Source of the DNA: Minisyncoccota bacterium
GTDB taxonomy: Bacteria; Patescibacteriota; Minisyncoccia; Phycocordibacterales; GWA1-40-21
Assembly: GCA_041663045.1 (NCBI GenBank)
Contig: JBAZRH010000001.1
Location: 340,403-404,402 of the forward strand
Reading direction: 5' to 3'
Length of the DNA stretch: 64,000 bases
This document shows, in pieces, positions 28,593 to 38,297 of this stretch. The position numbers and the translations under genes are program-made. The notes beneath the pieces are model-generated. The model saw only the letters and a program-made list of their open reading frames with translations. It made no database searches and was not told where the DNA came from. Within the stretch, counting starts at the first letter, position 1, and the number at the start of each line of letters is the position of its first letter.

Positions 28593-29076
28593 ATAAATGT
28601 TAGAATTTAATTAAATCCTAGTAAGTGATAGTATATATCGCATTTATTAAAAAGTACAGTTTATCATAGTTCCAGCGTCCACCCTCTAGCAAAAGACGGC
28701 CCTTATATAGAGCTGTCTTTTATTTGTGGTCACAAGTATTTTTCTGCTAAAAAATCTCGCGATTCTTACAGAATCTGTATACCTTTTCTATTTTATTTTC
28801 GTGATTACACTCAATGAAATTATCAAAGGTCTTGCGCTGGGGCCCCAACCCCCAGCTCACCCACCTCGTGCCGTCGTACTCCGTCTCGCACAGTGCAAAA
28901 GAAAACCACCTTCTGATTGAAGGCGGTTTTCAAATATTTGCACTGTGCGGAGTGCTGGAAGATGTTAGAACTGAATTGATGAAAAGTAAGATAACTCCAC
29001 ATGTGCCAAATTTATTATTTTGGGCAAAACAAAACCCGTCAACTACAAGAACGGGTCTTGTTTTGTGACGGGTGAG

Positions 29077-29244
29077 TCAAAACGCAAGTGAGACCAACTT
29101 GAGGACACTGCTGATTATCACGGCGTCGATAATCATCAGCAAACCCTTGGCCCAAAACCTCGTTTCGACATATGGTGCTACTTCCGGCGTAATCGGAAAC
29201 GGCCAGAACGACCACTTGCACAGAAACGGAACTTTTGTACTCAT
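29077..29244 (-). CDS. 55-aa small membrane protein (not in the ORF track)
   Basis: MSTKVPFLCKWSFWPFPITPEVAPYVETRFWAKGLLMIIDAVIISSVLKLVSLAF*; AAAGGA RBS; downstream hairpin at ~29025-29066. Confidence 0.6.
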   Translation of the reverse strand: MSTKVPFLCKWSFWPFPITPEVAPYVETRFWAKGLLMIIDAVIISSVLKLVSLAF

Positions 29245-29290
29245 ACTTTATCCTTTCTCTAATAATTGTCTAACAAATCTGTCTTTTGTA

Positions 29291-29319
29291 AGAATAGCAC
29301 CTCTCATCCTTTTTGTCAA
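29291..29319 (-). promoter_or_regulatory. Sigma70-type promoter
   Basis: TTGACA-17 nt-TATTCT upstream of the 55-aa ORF. Confidence 0.65.
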
Positions 29320-29381
29320 GCTCAGTTATAGGTCCTTACCCCTAACAAAAAAACAACCCTTATTTAGTGCTGTCTTTTTAA

Positions 29382-29575
29382 TGTGCGCCGGGTTGGATCA
29401 TGAGTACATTTCTCTCCCTCGACTAAAGCCTCGCCGTCGCTCGGCTTTGTCTGGGCACCAGCTCGCGATTCGGTCTGCTGACCTCATAACGCTCCGCTGT
29501 TCGAGTCCAACATGTAAGTGCATAAAAGCACTTACTCCGGCACACAAAAAAATTACCTTTCAGCAATTTTGTCTG
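29382..29575 (-). repeat. tRNA-Tyr 3'-associated mini-element
   Basis: Direct copy tgtgcgccgggttgga at 29382-29397; inverted gttcgagtccaac[gtaagtgc..gcacttac]ccggcaca. Confidence 0.8.
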
Positions 29576-29658
29576 TGCGCCGGGTTGGACTCGAACCAAC
29601 GATGCCCATAGGGCCGGAGATTTACAGTCTCCTGGAATAGCCGCTATCCGACCGGCGC
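29576..29658 (-). tRNA. tRNA-Tyr(GTA)
   Basis: GGAGA-CTGTAAA-TCTCC anticodon arm, long variable arm. Confidence 0.94.
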
Positions 29659-29708
29659 ATTTACCAACAAAAAGCATTTTAGCTGATTTCGGAGGAAAAG
29701 TCCACAGA

Positions 29709-30029
29709 TATCATATTTTGAACAATCTTATTGTCGATGAATACAGAAAACATAAGACAACCTCTCTTGACGTTATATTAGAAAAAGGTTTTGAGCCAAG
29801 TGTAGATGAATCTGAAAGAATTTTCAACATTTTCGACGGTAAAGCAGCTCTACTTTTAATTCAACAACTCCCAGAGAAATATAAAAAAATTATGCGTATG
29901 AAATATGAGAAACTTTTGTCACTAAAAGAGATATCCTTAATCCTAGGACAATCAAAAAATTCTGTCGCCGTACAATTGCATAGAGGTCTTGCCAAACTTA
30001 AAGAACTATATAAATTTAACAAGAAATAG
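29709..30029 (+). pseudogene. 5'-truncated ECF sigma factor (end of region 2 plus region 4)
   Basis: YHILNNLIVDEYRK...LPEKYKKIMRMKY..LSLKEIS..LG.S..SVAVQLHRG; no room for an N-terminus before tRNA-Tyr. Confidence 0.75.
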
Positions 30030-32702
30030 TTATACTTCTATCTTTTCTCTCTCTAAAAGAATCCCCTTTCTACCCCTTCTAACTTCAAAAGTTAGCTCTT
30101 TGTCTTTCTTATCAATAATCACTGTGCCACCGCCCACAATCCCTTTTGAAATAATCATTGAAGCGACTGGGTTAAGTATTTTTGTCTGTATTAATCTACG
30201 AAGCGGTCTTGCGCCATATTGCGGATTGTAACCTTCCTTTGCGAGCAATTCCAAAGATGAAGTGGAAATTTCCAATTTAATATCTTTGACTTTTAATCTC
30301 TCGCGAATCTGCTCTATCTGAATATCCACAATTTTCCTTATCGCTTTTTGACTCAAAATATCAAAGACGATAGTGTCATCCAAGCGGTTTAAGAACTCCG
30401 GTCGGAAATAATCTTTCAAGCTAGTCATAACTTTTTCTTTGACCAGATTATATTCGTTCGCTTTATCCCCTGCCGTGGCAAAGCCGATCTGCTCCATCTT
30501 GTCTATAAATTGTGCGCCGATATTTGAAGTCATTATTATCACGGTGTTTTTGAAATTCACTGTCCTGCCTTTTGAATCTGTAAGTCGTCCATTATCAAGA
30601 ACCTGCAAAAGTAGGTTGAAAACTTCCGGATGAGCTTTTTCTATTTCATCAAAAAGTATTACTGAATATGGTCTGTGGCGGACAGTTTCCGTAAGATTTC
30701 CCCCCTCTTCATAGCCGACATAACCAGGAGGCGAGCCGATAAGCTTGGATGTAGAATGTTTTTCCATAAACTCCGACATATCTACTCTTATCAAAGCTTT
30801 TTCATCATCAAAAAGGAATTCGGCTAAAGCTTTTGTAAGCTCCGTCTTTCCAACACCAGTCGGACCCAAAAATATAAACGAACCGATAGGACGATTCGGA
30901 TCAGCAATACCTGCACGAGACCTTTTTATCGTGTCAGCAATCTTATTTACAGCTTCATCTTGCCCAACAATTCTATTTTTAAGGACTTCTTCCATACGGA
31001 CGAGTTTATGAGCTTCGCTTTCAAGCATTCTGGAGACTGGCACTCCTGTCCAACGAGAAACCACCGAAGCGATGTCTTCACTTGTAATCTCTTCTTTTAA
31101 AATCCTTCTTGAAGATTGAAGTTTCTTCAGGCGCTTTGACTTTATTTCTAAATCTTTTTCAAGCTGAGGGATCTTGCCGTAGCGGATTTCGGCAGCTTTT
31201 GCCAAATCGGCATGAATTTCTGCATTTTCAGCTTCTATTCTCAAAATCTCCAACTGTTTTTTGATAGATTTTATTTCTGTAATGGTATCTTTTTCATTTT
31301 TCCATTTGAGCTCGACTTCGGAAGTCTTCTCTTTAAAATCGGCGATTTCTTTTTCTATCGAATCCACTCTTTTTTGCGTTTCTTTCTTTTTACTACCATT
31401 TAATTCTTTTTTCAATGCTTCTTTTTCTATTTCAAGACGCATAACTTTTCTATTTGTTTCTTCAAGCTCTGGAGGCATTGTCTCAAGTGAAATTTTCAAT
31501 GCAGAGGCGGATTCATCTATAAGGTCCACAGCTTTATCTGGCAAAAATCTATCTGAAATATATCTTGAACTCAAATTCACAGCGGAAAGAATGGCGTCAT
31601 CTGTAATACGCACACCATGATACAGCTCGTATTTTTCTTTTAATCCGCGCAAAATAGCTATCGCATCATCGATAGATGGCTCGCTGACTATCACCGGCTG
31701 AAAACGCCTCGTAAGAGCAGGGTCTTTCTCTATTCTTTGATATTCTTTCAGAGTCGTCGCACCCACAGTACGAAGTTCACCTCTCGAAAGAGCTGGTTTG
31801 AGCATATTTGAAGCATCCATGGAGCCTTCGGCAGAACCAGCACCGACAATAGTGTGGATTTCATCTATGAAAAGTATCACTTTGCCTTCTGATTTTTCAA
31901 TTTCCTTTATTATCCCCTTCAAACGCTCTTCAAATTCCCCTCTGTATTTTGTGCCGGCGATAAGAAGACCAAGATCAAGAGAAACAAGCTCTTTGTCTTT
32001 TAGAGATTCCGGCACATCTCCTATTGCGATTCTATTTGCCAAACCTTCTACAATAGCTGTTTTTCCAACACCGGCCTCACCGATAAGGATGGGATTATTT
32101 TTTGTGCGTCTTGAAAGTATTTGAATAATGCGAGAGATTTCATTGTCCCTGCCGATGACAGGATCGAGCTTATTATCTTTTGCAAGTTTTGTAAGATTGC
32201 GAGTGTATTTTGTGATAGCTCTGTATTTTTTTACTTGGCCTGTTTCGCTCCCTTTCAGAGTTTTGAGTTCAGAGAGGATTTTTACAACTTCCGCCCTATT
32301 TATTTTAAATCTTGTCAAAAGATCTCTCGCCGAACACGGTACATCCAAAATCGCCAAGAATAAATGTTCAGTCGAAATAAATTCATCTTTGAGCTCCACC
32401 GCTACTTTTCCAGACTGGTCGATTATTTGTGCCAAATCTGGTGTTAAATAAATTTGGTATGAAGCGGAAAGTGTCGTGGATGTGTGGGTCGCTTCTATGG
32501 CTTCAAGTATTGAATCGGTGAGCAAAATGACATCCGCCTCAAGCCTATCCAAAATTGAAGCGACGATACTTTCCTCCTGAAGGACAAGTGCAGCAAGTAA
32601 ATGAAGTGGGTTAACATGATTCTGTCCACGCTCAATAGCGAGCTCATGAGCCCTTTTTATTGCTTCTTTTGCCTTGGTTGTAAAATTGTTGAATGGTGGC
32701 AT
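30030..32702 (-). CDS. clpB: Chaperone ClpB
   Basis: Two AAA modules ([16 protein letters not shown]), long middle coiled coil, GARPL. Confidence 0.95.
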   Translation of the reverse strand: MPPFNNFTTKAKEAIKRAHELAIERGQNHVNPLHLLAALVLQEESIVASILDRLEADVILLTDSILEAIEATHTSTTLSASYQIYLTPDLAQIIDQSGKVAVELKDEFISTEHLFLAILDVPCSARDLLTRFKINRAEVVKILSELKTLKGSETGQVKKYRAITKYTRNLTKLAKDNKLDPVIGRDNEISRIIQILSRRTKNNPILIGEAGVGKTAIVEGLANRIAIGDVPESLKDKELVSLDLGLLIAGTKYRGEFEERLKGIIKEIEKSEGKVILFIDEIHTIVGAGSAEGSMDASNMLKPALSRGELRTVGATTLKEYQRIEKDPALTRRFQPVIVSEPSIDDAIAILRGLKEKYELYHGVRITDDAILSAVNLSSRYISDRFLPDKAVDLIDESASALKISLETMPPELEETNRKVMRLEIEKEALKKELNGSKKKETQKRVDSIEKEIADFKEKTSEVELKWKNEKDTITEIKSIKKQLEILRIEAENAEIHADLAKAAEIRYGKIPQLEKDLEIKSKRLKKLQSSRRILKEEITSEDIASVVSRWTGVPVSRMLESEAHKLVRMEEVLKNRIVGQDEAVNKIADTIKRSRAGIADPNRPIGSFIFLGPTGVGKTELTKALAEFLFDDEKALIRVDMSEFMEKHSTSKLIGSPPGYVGYEEGGNLTETVRHRPYSVILFDEIEKAHPEVFNLLLQVLDNGRLTDSKGRTVNFKNTVIIMTSNIGAQFIDKMEQIGFATAGDKANEYNLVKEKVMTSLKDYFRPEFLNRLDDTIVFDILSQKAIRKIVDIQIEQIRERLKVKDIKLEISTSSLELLAKEGYNPQYGARPLRRLIQTKILNPVASMIISKGIVGGGTVIIDKKDKELTFEVRRGRKGILLEREKIEV

Positions 32703-32797
32703 GGTTGATTTTCTTAATGAGCAAGGCGAGTTTTGAAAATCACCACTGTTCGCCGAGCTTTAATAGAGTTTAACTTCTGGGAAAAGAAAAGTCAAAA

Positions 32798-33679
32798 TTA
32801 TTGGACTTTCTTCTGTTCTGCTGCCAAACTAGCAAGAGCATCACTAATAGCTTTTGAAGGGACAAATAAGTCTGTTCTTGCACTATCCATAAAAGTGGCT
32901 TTTATAGCTACAATTTCGCCAGAAAGATTCACGAGTGGTGCCCCGGACATAAAGCTTCCGGAATTTATATTCGTCTCTATGGAAGAAATTATTTCTGTGG
33001 GTGTAGAGCTTGAGGTGTCTGATGTTGTATCATCCTTAATACTCTTTGTGGCAAGACTTGAGATGATACCTGTAGAAACAAGATTCTTTGATTCCCCCCC
33101 TATATATACTACGGTTTGCCCAAGTTTAATATCATTGTTTGATAACAACACAGCCTTAGGAAGAGTCGCTGGATTTTTATTGTCAGCTGGAATTTTTAAT
33201 AAGGCAATTTGTTCACCCTGCTTCGCTCTAAGAATACTTAGATTATAAAGTTTCTTGTCTGATAAGTTTACAAAATACCTTCCATCTGTAGAAACCACAC
33301 TATTGTCTGTCGCTATTATGCCATCGTCAGAAACAACAAGTCCAAGTCCGACAAATACCATAGAATTTGAATCAGCGGCTGGATCTGAATTTGTTCTATA
33401 GATTCGAAGGACGCTATTAGAATTTTTATCTATTGCACTAACTATCATATCATCGGACGTAACAACGACTGTTTCTTTAACTATCGTCTGAGTATTATTT
33501 ATTGGCTCCGAAGGAACAACTCTTTCTACAGTTCTCTCTACCACCCTATTAATTGTCTGGATAAAACCTTGTGGGGCTTGATTCATAAGAGCAACCGTAA
33601 CAATACCCGTGGCGATTGAGGTCACAAAACTCACAAGAAGGGCAAGAAGGATAAGTTGTTGTTTGTTTAGATGCTCCAT
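32798..33679 (-). CDS. Membrane-anchored trypsin-like (HtrA-type) domain without PDZ, probably inactive
   Basis: GLVVSDDGIIATDNSVV (His absent), FMSGAPLVNLSGEIVAI. Confidence 0.7.
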   Translation of the reverse strand: MEHLNKQQLILLALLVSFVTSIATGIVTVALMNQAPQGFIQTINRVVERTVERVVPSEPINNTQTIVKETVVVTSDDMIVSAIDKNSNSVLRIYRTNSDPAADSNSMVFVGLGLVVSDDGIIATDNSVVSTDGRYFVNLSDKKLYNLSILRAKQGEQIALLKIPADNKNPATLPKAVLLSNNDIKLGQTVVYIGGESKNLVSTGIISSLATKSIKDDTTSDTSSSTPTEIISSIETNINSGSFMSGAPLVNLSGEIVAIKATFMDSARTDLFVPSKAISDALASLAAEQKKVQ

Positions 33680-33707
33680 ATCGACTCAATAATAAGGCAA
33701 AAACAAA

Positions 33708-34901
33708 CTATTTGCAAATTTTAAACAAGACTTTTAAAAGATATCTTATGTGACGTCTTTTTATATCCCTACCAAGAGAAAATCGGATGGTGGATTTAGC
33801 ACGAGTGTCTACTTCCTCCAGGCTCGCGCCTGAAACACTTGAAATTTCCCGCACAACATAAGATTCTCCTGAACCAGAAGTACAAGCACTTGCTGAAGAA
33901 GCTATAATCCCCGCTTCATCAAGCTGAAGAACTATAAATTCTCCGTCCTTATCTGGTATTGAAATGTTTATATTATTTGGAAGCATGTTTTCCAAGTGGC
34001 CATTGATTACTACAGATGAAGTGGATTTTTTGACTTCGTCAAAAAATCCATCTCTCAATTCCGCCAATCTATTCACTTCTTTCTCTTTAATCCTTTCCGA
34101 TATTTCAAAAGCTTTTGCAAAGCCAACAATAAGTGGGACGTTTTCTGTACCGGCCCTCATCCCGTCCTCTTGTCCTCCTCCCAAAACAATCGGCGAAATA
34201 TTTACATTATCTTTTACAAAAAGTGCGCCGATGCCTTTCGGTCCATACATTTTCTGCGCATCCAAAGTCATCAAATCCACACCAAGCTCTTCTACATTTG
34301 TGTTCAAATATTGCACCGCTTGCGAAGCATCTGTGTGAAAATATGGATAGTCCACTCTCTCTCTACCAAATTCTTTCCTCGCATGACGAATCTCTTTTAT
34401 AATTTCTTTCACTGGTTGCACCGTTCCTATTTCACCATTTGCATATCCTATCGAAATTATCGCCGTCTCTTTCTTTATCAATTCTCTCAAATCTTTAGGA
34501 TCAACAAGCCCCTCTGAAGAAACTTCTAGATAATCCACCTTAACTCCCATCTCCTCAATTTCTTTAAAACACTCAAGTATTGAACTGTGCTCTATTTTTG
34601 TCGTTATAGCATGTATTTCTTCGGGCTTCTTCCCTGATTTTAATAATTTCTTTACTGTGCCAAAAATAGCTAAATTATTCGCCTCTGTTCCGCCGGAAGT
34701 AAAGATTATTTCCCTCGCATGTGCATTCAAAAAACCAGCAATTTCTCCTCTTGCTTTTTCTACTGCTTTTTGGGTTGACACACCAAGCGAATGTATTGAA
34801 CTTGGATTTCCAAAATCTTTTCTCCAATACTTCTTCATCGCCAAAACAACCTCTCTGCCCACCGGCGTGGTCGCCGCATTGTCTAAATATATCTTTCTCA
34901 C
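33708..34901 (-). CDS. iscS: Cysteine desulfurase IscS/NifS
   Basis: YLDNAATTP, SGGTEANN, HTDASQ, QKMYGPKG, SASAC. Confidence 0.93.
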   Translation of the reverse strand: MRKIYLDNAATTPVGREVVLAMKKYWRKDFGNPSSIHSLGVSTQKAVEKARGEIAGFLNAHAREIIFTSGGTEANNLAIFGTVKKLLKSGKKPEEIHAITTKIEHSSILECFKEIEEMGVKVDYLEVSSEGLVDPKDLRELIKKETAIISIGYANGEIGTVQPVKEIIKEIRHARKEFGRERVDYPYFHTDASQAVQYLNTNVEELGVDLMTLDAQKMYGPKGIGALFVKDNVNISPIVLGGGQEDGMRAGTENVPLIVGFAKAFEISERIKEKEVNRLAELRDGFFDEVKKSTSSVVINGHLENMLPNNINISIPDKDGEFIVLQLDEAGIIASSASACTSGSGESYVVREISSVSGASLEEVDTRAKSTIRFSLGRDIKRRHIRYLLKVLFKICK

Positions 34902-34955
34902 AATATCAAGTTATCATTTTTTGCAAAATAAGTAAAAGTTGATATAATTAACCAT

Positions 34956-35417
34956 ATGACTTTTGAAATGTATATAATAGCTGGTGCGGGAATTATAATT
35001 TTCATCCTTCTGCTTTGGATTATCCGACTGGAAGTGAAAATCGGCAAACTCTTGGGAAGCAAGTGTAATAATCTAGACGACACGATTTCTCTTTTCAAAA
35101 AAGAGATTTCTTATCTTAAGAAATACGCTGAAAGGTCAGCTGACAATTTTGATATTATTGAGAAAAAGTTAAAGAAGACAGTTTCCGGCTTAGGAACTAT
35201 CCGCTTCAATCCTTTCAAAGGTACTGGTTCGGGAGGCAATCAAAGCTTTGCTACTGCATTATTAAATAAAGAAGGAGATGGGGTTATATTATCAAGCCTA
35301 TACTCAAGAGATCATGTAAGTATTTTCTCAAAATCCATAAAAAACTTGGTATCAGAGTATGAGCTTACCACTGAAGAAAAACAGGCCCTGCAGAAAGCCA
35401 GAGAAAGTATTATATAA
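34956..35417 (+). CDS. DUF4446-like membrane-anchored protein
   Basis: RFNPF..GGNQSFATALL..GDG, LTTEE. Confidence 0.75.
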   Translation: MTFEMYIIAGAGIIIFILLLWIIRLEVKIGKLLGSKCNNLDDTISLFKKEISYLKKYAERSADNFDIIEKKLKKTVSGLGTIRFNPFKGTGSGGNQSFATALLNKEGDGVILSSLYSRDHVSIFSKSIKNLVSEYELTTEEKQALQKARESII

Positions 35418-35475
35418 AGGGTGGTTTTTTATTCAATAACATGCTAAAACTATATGGTCGGTTTGGGTTTTTTTA

Positions 35476-36999
35476 TTGTCAAATATGGATAAAAATAAGA
35501 AAAACAGCATAATAAAGCGCTCCCCCGTTGTCTGTATAATGGGGCATATTGACCATGGGAAATCTACACTCCTCGATTATATTAGAAAGACAAATATAGT
35601 AGACACAGAAGCTGGGGGTATTACCCAGAGAATATCCGCTTATGAAGTCGTGCACAAGACACCAGAAGGCAAAGAAGAAAGGATAACCTTTTTGGATACA
35701 CCTGGGCATGAAGCTTTTGGAGCTATGAGAACATGCGGATCAAGCATAGCTGATATTGCGGTGCTCGTCGTCTCCGCTGAAGAAGGCGTCAAAAAACAAA
35801 CCCTTGAGGCATTGAAATGTATCAATGAAAGTAAAATACCTTATATAGTAGCGATAAATAAAATAGACAGGCCGGATGCAAATGTAGAAAAGACAAAAAA
35901 TTCACTTGTAGAAAATGAAATCTATATCGAGGGCTATGGAGGAAACGTACCTTTTGTACCGATTTCAGCAAAAACAGGGCAAGGTGTGGGTGAGCTCTTG
36001 GACATGATGCTTCTTGTCGCCGAAATGGCTGAGCTTAAGGGAGATATTTCAAAACCGGCAAGCGGAATCGTCGTTGAATCTCATCTGGATAAGAAAAAAG
36101 GGATGACTGCCGTTATAGTAATCAAAGATGGTTCTCTAAAGAACGGAATGTATATCGTCTCCGGAGACAGAATGGCACCGACAAGAATAATGGAAAGTTT
36201 TCTCGGTAAAAAAATCATGGAAGCGACTTTTTCCTCTCCTCTGAGAATCGTCGGCTTTGATAAGCTACCAAGAGCTGGAGCAACTTTCACAAGTTTCAAA
36301 GACAAAAAAGATGCGGAAGATAAAGTGGCAGAATATTTGGAAAACGTAAGAAAAGCTCCAACAAAAATAGTCGACTCGACAGAAGATCCAAACGAAATAT
36401 CTGTACGAGTAATGATAAAAGCCGAAGTTGCCGGGGCTATAGATGCGATAGAGCATGAAATCAAGAAAATAAAAAGTGAGAAAGTGAAGATAAAAATAGT
36501 CGGCTCCGGAATCGGAGACATTACAGAAAATGATGTAAAACTTGCTTCTGGTAGGAACCCTGCGATGATAGTCGGCTTTGCCGTAAGTATAGACGACACC
36601 GCGAAAGATCTAGCAGAAAGATCAGGAATAGAAGTAAAGACATTTGATATCATATACAAAATCGGAGAATGGCTCGGGGAAATAGTTTCAAAAAAGACTC
36701 CAAAGGAAATGGTGGAAGAGACCAGTGCAAAAGTAAAAGTATTAAAAGCTTTCAGTTCGATGAAAGATAAGCATATTATCGGTGGAAGAGTAGAATCTGG
36801 CACTGTGAAGGTTGGGCAAGAAGCCAAGATAATGAGAAAAGACATTGAAATCGGTAGGGGTAAAATAAAGGAGATTCAGCAAGAGAAAGAGAAGGTCGGT
36901 GAGGTGCATGAGGGAGTAGAGTTTGGATGTCAGTTTCAATCAGATATTTCCCCTGCCCCAGGAGATAGATTGGAAATATTTACTGTAGTAGAAAAATGA
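35476..36999 (+). CDS. infB: Translation initiation factor IF-2 (short form)
   Basis: GHIDHGKST, GGITQ, DTPGHEAF, NKID; true start may be ATG 35485. Confidence 0.96.
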   Translation: MSNMDKNKKNSIIKRSPVVCIMGHIDHGKSTLLDYIRKTNIVDTEAGGITQRISAYEVVHKTPEGKEERITFLDTPGHEAFGAMRTCGSSIADIAVLVVSAEEGVKKQTLEALKCINESKIPYIVAINKIDRPDANVEKTKNSLVENEIYIEGYGGNVPFVPISAKTGQGVGELLDMMLLVAEMAELKGDISKPASGIVVESHLDKKKGMTAVIVIKDGSLKNGMYIVSGDRMAPTRIMESFLGKKIMEATFSSPLRIVGFDKLPRAGATFTSFKDKKDAEDKVAEYLENVRKAPTKIVDSTEDPNEISVRVMIKAEVAGAIDAIEHEIKKIKSEKVKIKIVGSGIGDITENDVKLASGRNPAMIVGFAVSIDDTAKDLAERSGIEVKTFDIIYKIGEWLGEIVSKKTPKEMVEETSAKVKVLKAFSSMKDKHIIGGRVESGTVKVGQEAKIMRKDIEIGRGKIKEIQQEKEKVGEVHEGVEFGCQFQSDISPAPGDRLEIFTVVEK

Positions 37000-37003
37000 C
37001 AAT

Positions 37004-37330
37004 ATGGATTCAAGAAATGAAAAAATAATAAAAATAATCAAGCTTGCCGCGGCAGAGTTTATGCAAAAGGAGTCAAATGGTGCTTCTTTGATGACGATTA
37101 CCGATGTAAGAATGTCAAAAGATGAAAAATATGTTAATATCTTTTTTACGGTATTCCCCGAAGACAAACAGGAAGCCGTGCTTGAATTTTCAAAAAGGAA
37201 GAGGACTGAATTTAGAGATTATGTCAAAAACAATACAAGATTAGGCAGAATCCCAACTTTCGATTTTGAAATAGATCTTGGTGAAAAACACAGACAAAGA
37301 ATCGACGAAATTTCAAGAAATATAAAATAA
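37004..37330 (+). CDS. rbfA: Ribosome-binding factor A
   Basis: ITDVRMSKD, RIPTFDFEID; follows infB. Confidence 0.88.
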   Translation: MDSRNEKIIKIIKLAAAEFMQKESNGASLMTITDVRMSKDEKYVNIFFTVFPEDKQEAVLEFSKRKRTEFRDYVKNNTRLGRIPTFDFEIDLGEKHRQRIDEISRNIK

Positions 37331-37402
37331 GGCCTAGTCGCCAAGTGGTAAGGCGTTGATCTGCAAAATCAACATACGGCGGTTCGATTCCGCCCTAGGC
37401 CT
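37331..37402 (+). tRNA. tRNA-Cys(GCA)
   Basis: TTGAT-CTGCAAA-ATCAA anticodon arm, U73. Confidence 0.94.
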
Positions 37403-37444
37403 CAAGAAAATTACGTGAGTAATTTTCTATCAGAATTAAAAAAT

Positions 37445-37527
37445 GCTCGGGTGGCGGAATAGGTATACGCGCAACACTTAAAATGTTGTCTACTATGTAG
37501 ATGTGGGTTCGATTCCCACCCCGAGCA
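37445..37527 (+). tRNA. tRNA-Leu(TAA)
   Basis: CAACA-CTTAAAA-TGTTG anticodon arm, long variable arm. Confidence 0.94.
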
Positions 37528-37539
37528 CAAAATAAAGAT

Positions 37540-37830
37540 ATGGAGAAATTTAATTCAAGGCAACAAGAAAGGGCGAGTGAAAATCTGGACGATGTCCCAA
37601 TGAATGAAAGAAGAGAAGTTCTTCTTAAACTTATAGAATACGGACTTGGTACAATTCACATAAAGGATCTCAATAAATTACCAGAAAGGGATAGGTTGGA
37701 AGTAGCCCAAGCAATTATCGAACATAATTATAGTGATTTGGATATAGTGATGACGGTCTTAACTAAAGAAGAAAAAGAGATTCTACAGGATAAACTCATA
37801 GACTCTGGCCTTAAAAAATCTAGAAAATAA
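37540..37830 (+). CDS. Hypothetical protein (96 aa)
   Basis: ATG 12 nt after tRNA-Leu; the track start lies inside the tRNA. Confidence 0.6.
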   Translation: MEKFNSRQQERASENLDDVPMNERREVLLKLIEYGLGTIHIKDLNKLPERDRLEVAQAIIEHNYSDLDIVMTVLTKEEKEILQDKLIDSGLKKSRK

Positions 37831-37869
37831 TTTGATTTTATAAAGATTTTCTGGTATTTTACTATGCAT

Positions 37870-37942
37870 GCGCCCATAGCTCAGCTGGTAGAGCAGATCC
37901 CTCTTAAGGATAAGGTCGTAGGTTCGATCCCTACTGGGCGCA
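37870..37942 (+). tRNA. tRNA-Lys(CTT)
   Basis: ATCC-CTCTTAA-GGAT anticodon arm. Confidence 0.94.
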
Positions 37943-38124
37943 CAATTTTTAAAACTGCTGGGAGCCGTTTTAAAAATTGTGCGAGCCGGAATTATTTTTT
38001 CTAGCAGGAAAAAGTAATGAGGCGGGGTCGCGAAAATTTTCGAGCGACGGCGAGAAAATTATTTGTGACCACATAATAAGAGAATGAGTGTACTGACCAT
38101 GTAATGGTCGATACCCTACTGGGC
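37943..38124 (+). repeat. tRNA-Lys 3'-associated mini-element (degenerate)
   Basis: Fold-back onto the tRNA end, ggcggggtcgcga...gtgacc core, direct copy ccctactgggc at 38114-38124. Confidence 0.7.
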
Positions 38125-38134
38125 AAATAATATT

Positions 38135-38218
38135 GGGCGAGTGGCGAAATTGGCAGACGCATCAGCCTTAGGAGCTGACGATAGTAATATCATGGAGGTT
38201 CAAGTCCTCTCTCGCCCA
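38135..38218 (+). tRNA. tRNA-Leu(TAG)
   Basis: TCAGC-CTTAGGA-GCTGA anticodon arm, long variable arm. Confidence 0.94.
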
Positions 38219-38297
38219 CAAAAAAGTATCTTGACTATTTTTGTTAAAAGAATAGTATTTGAAATGGGATTGTAAGATAAAAAGAAAGGGGCAGATT

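Noticed and set aside
26883-28595. The 73-bp direct repeats as attL/attR of a prophage or as a CRISPR array
   Set aside because: Both copies are full-length and equally aberrant, no integrase lies between them, and there are only two units; not fully excluded as a duplication scar.
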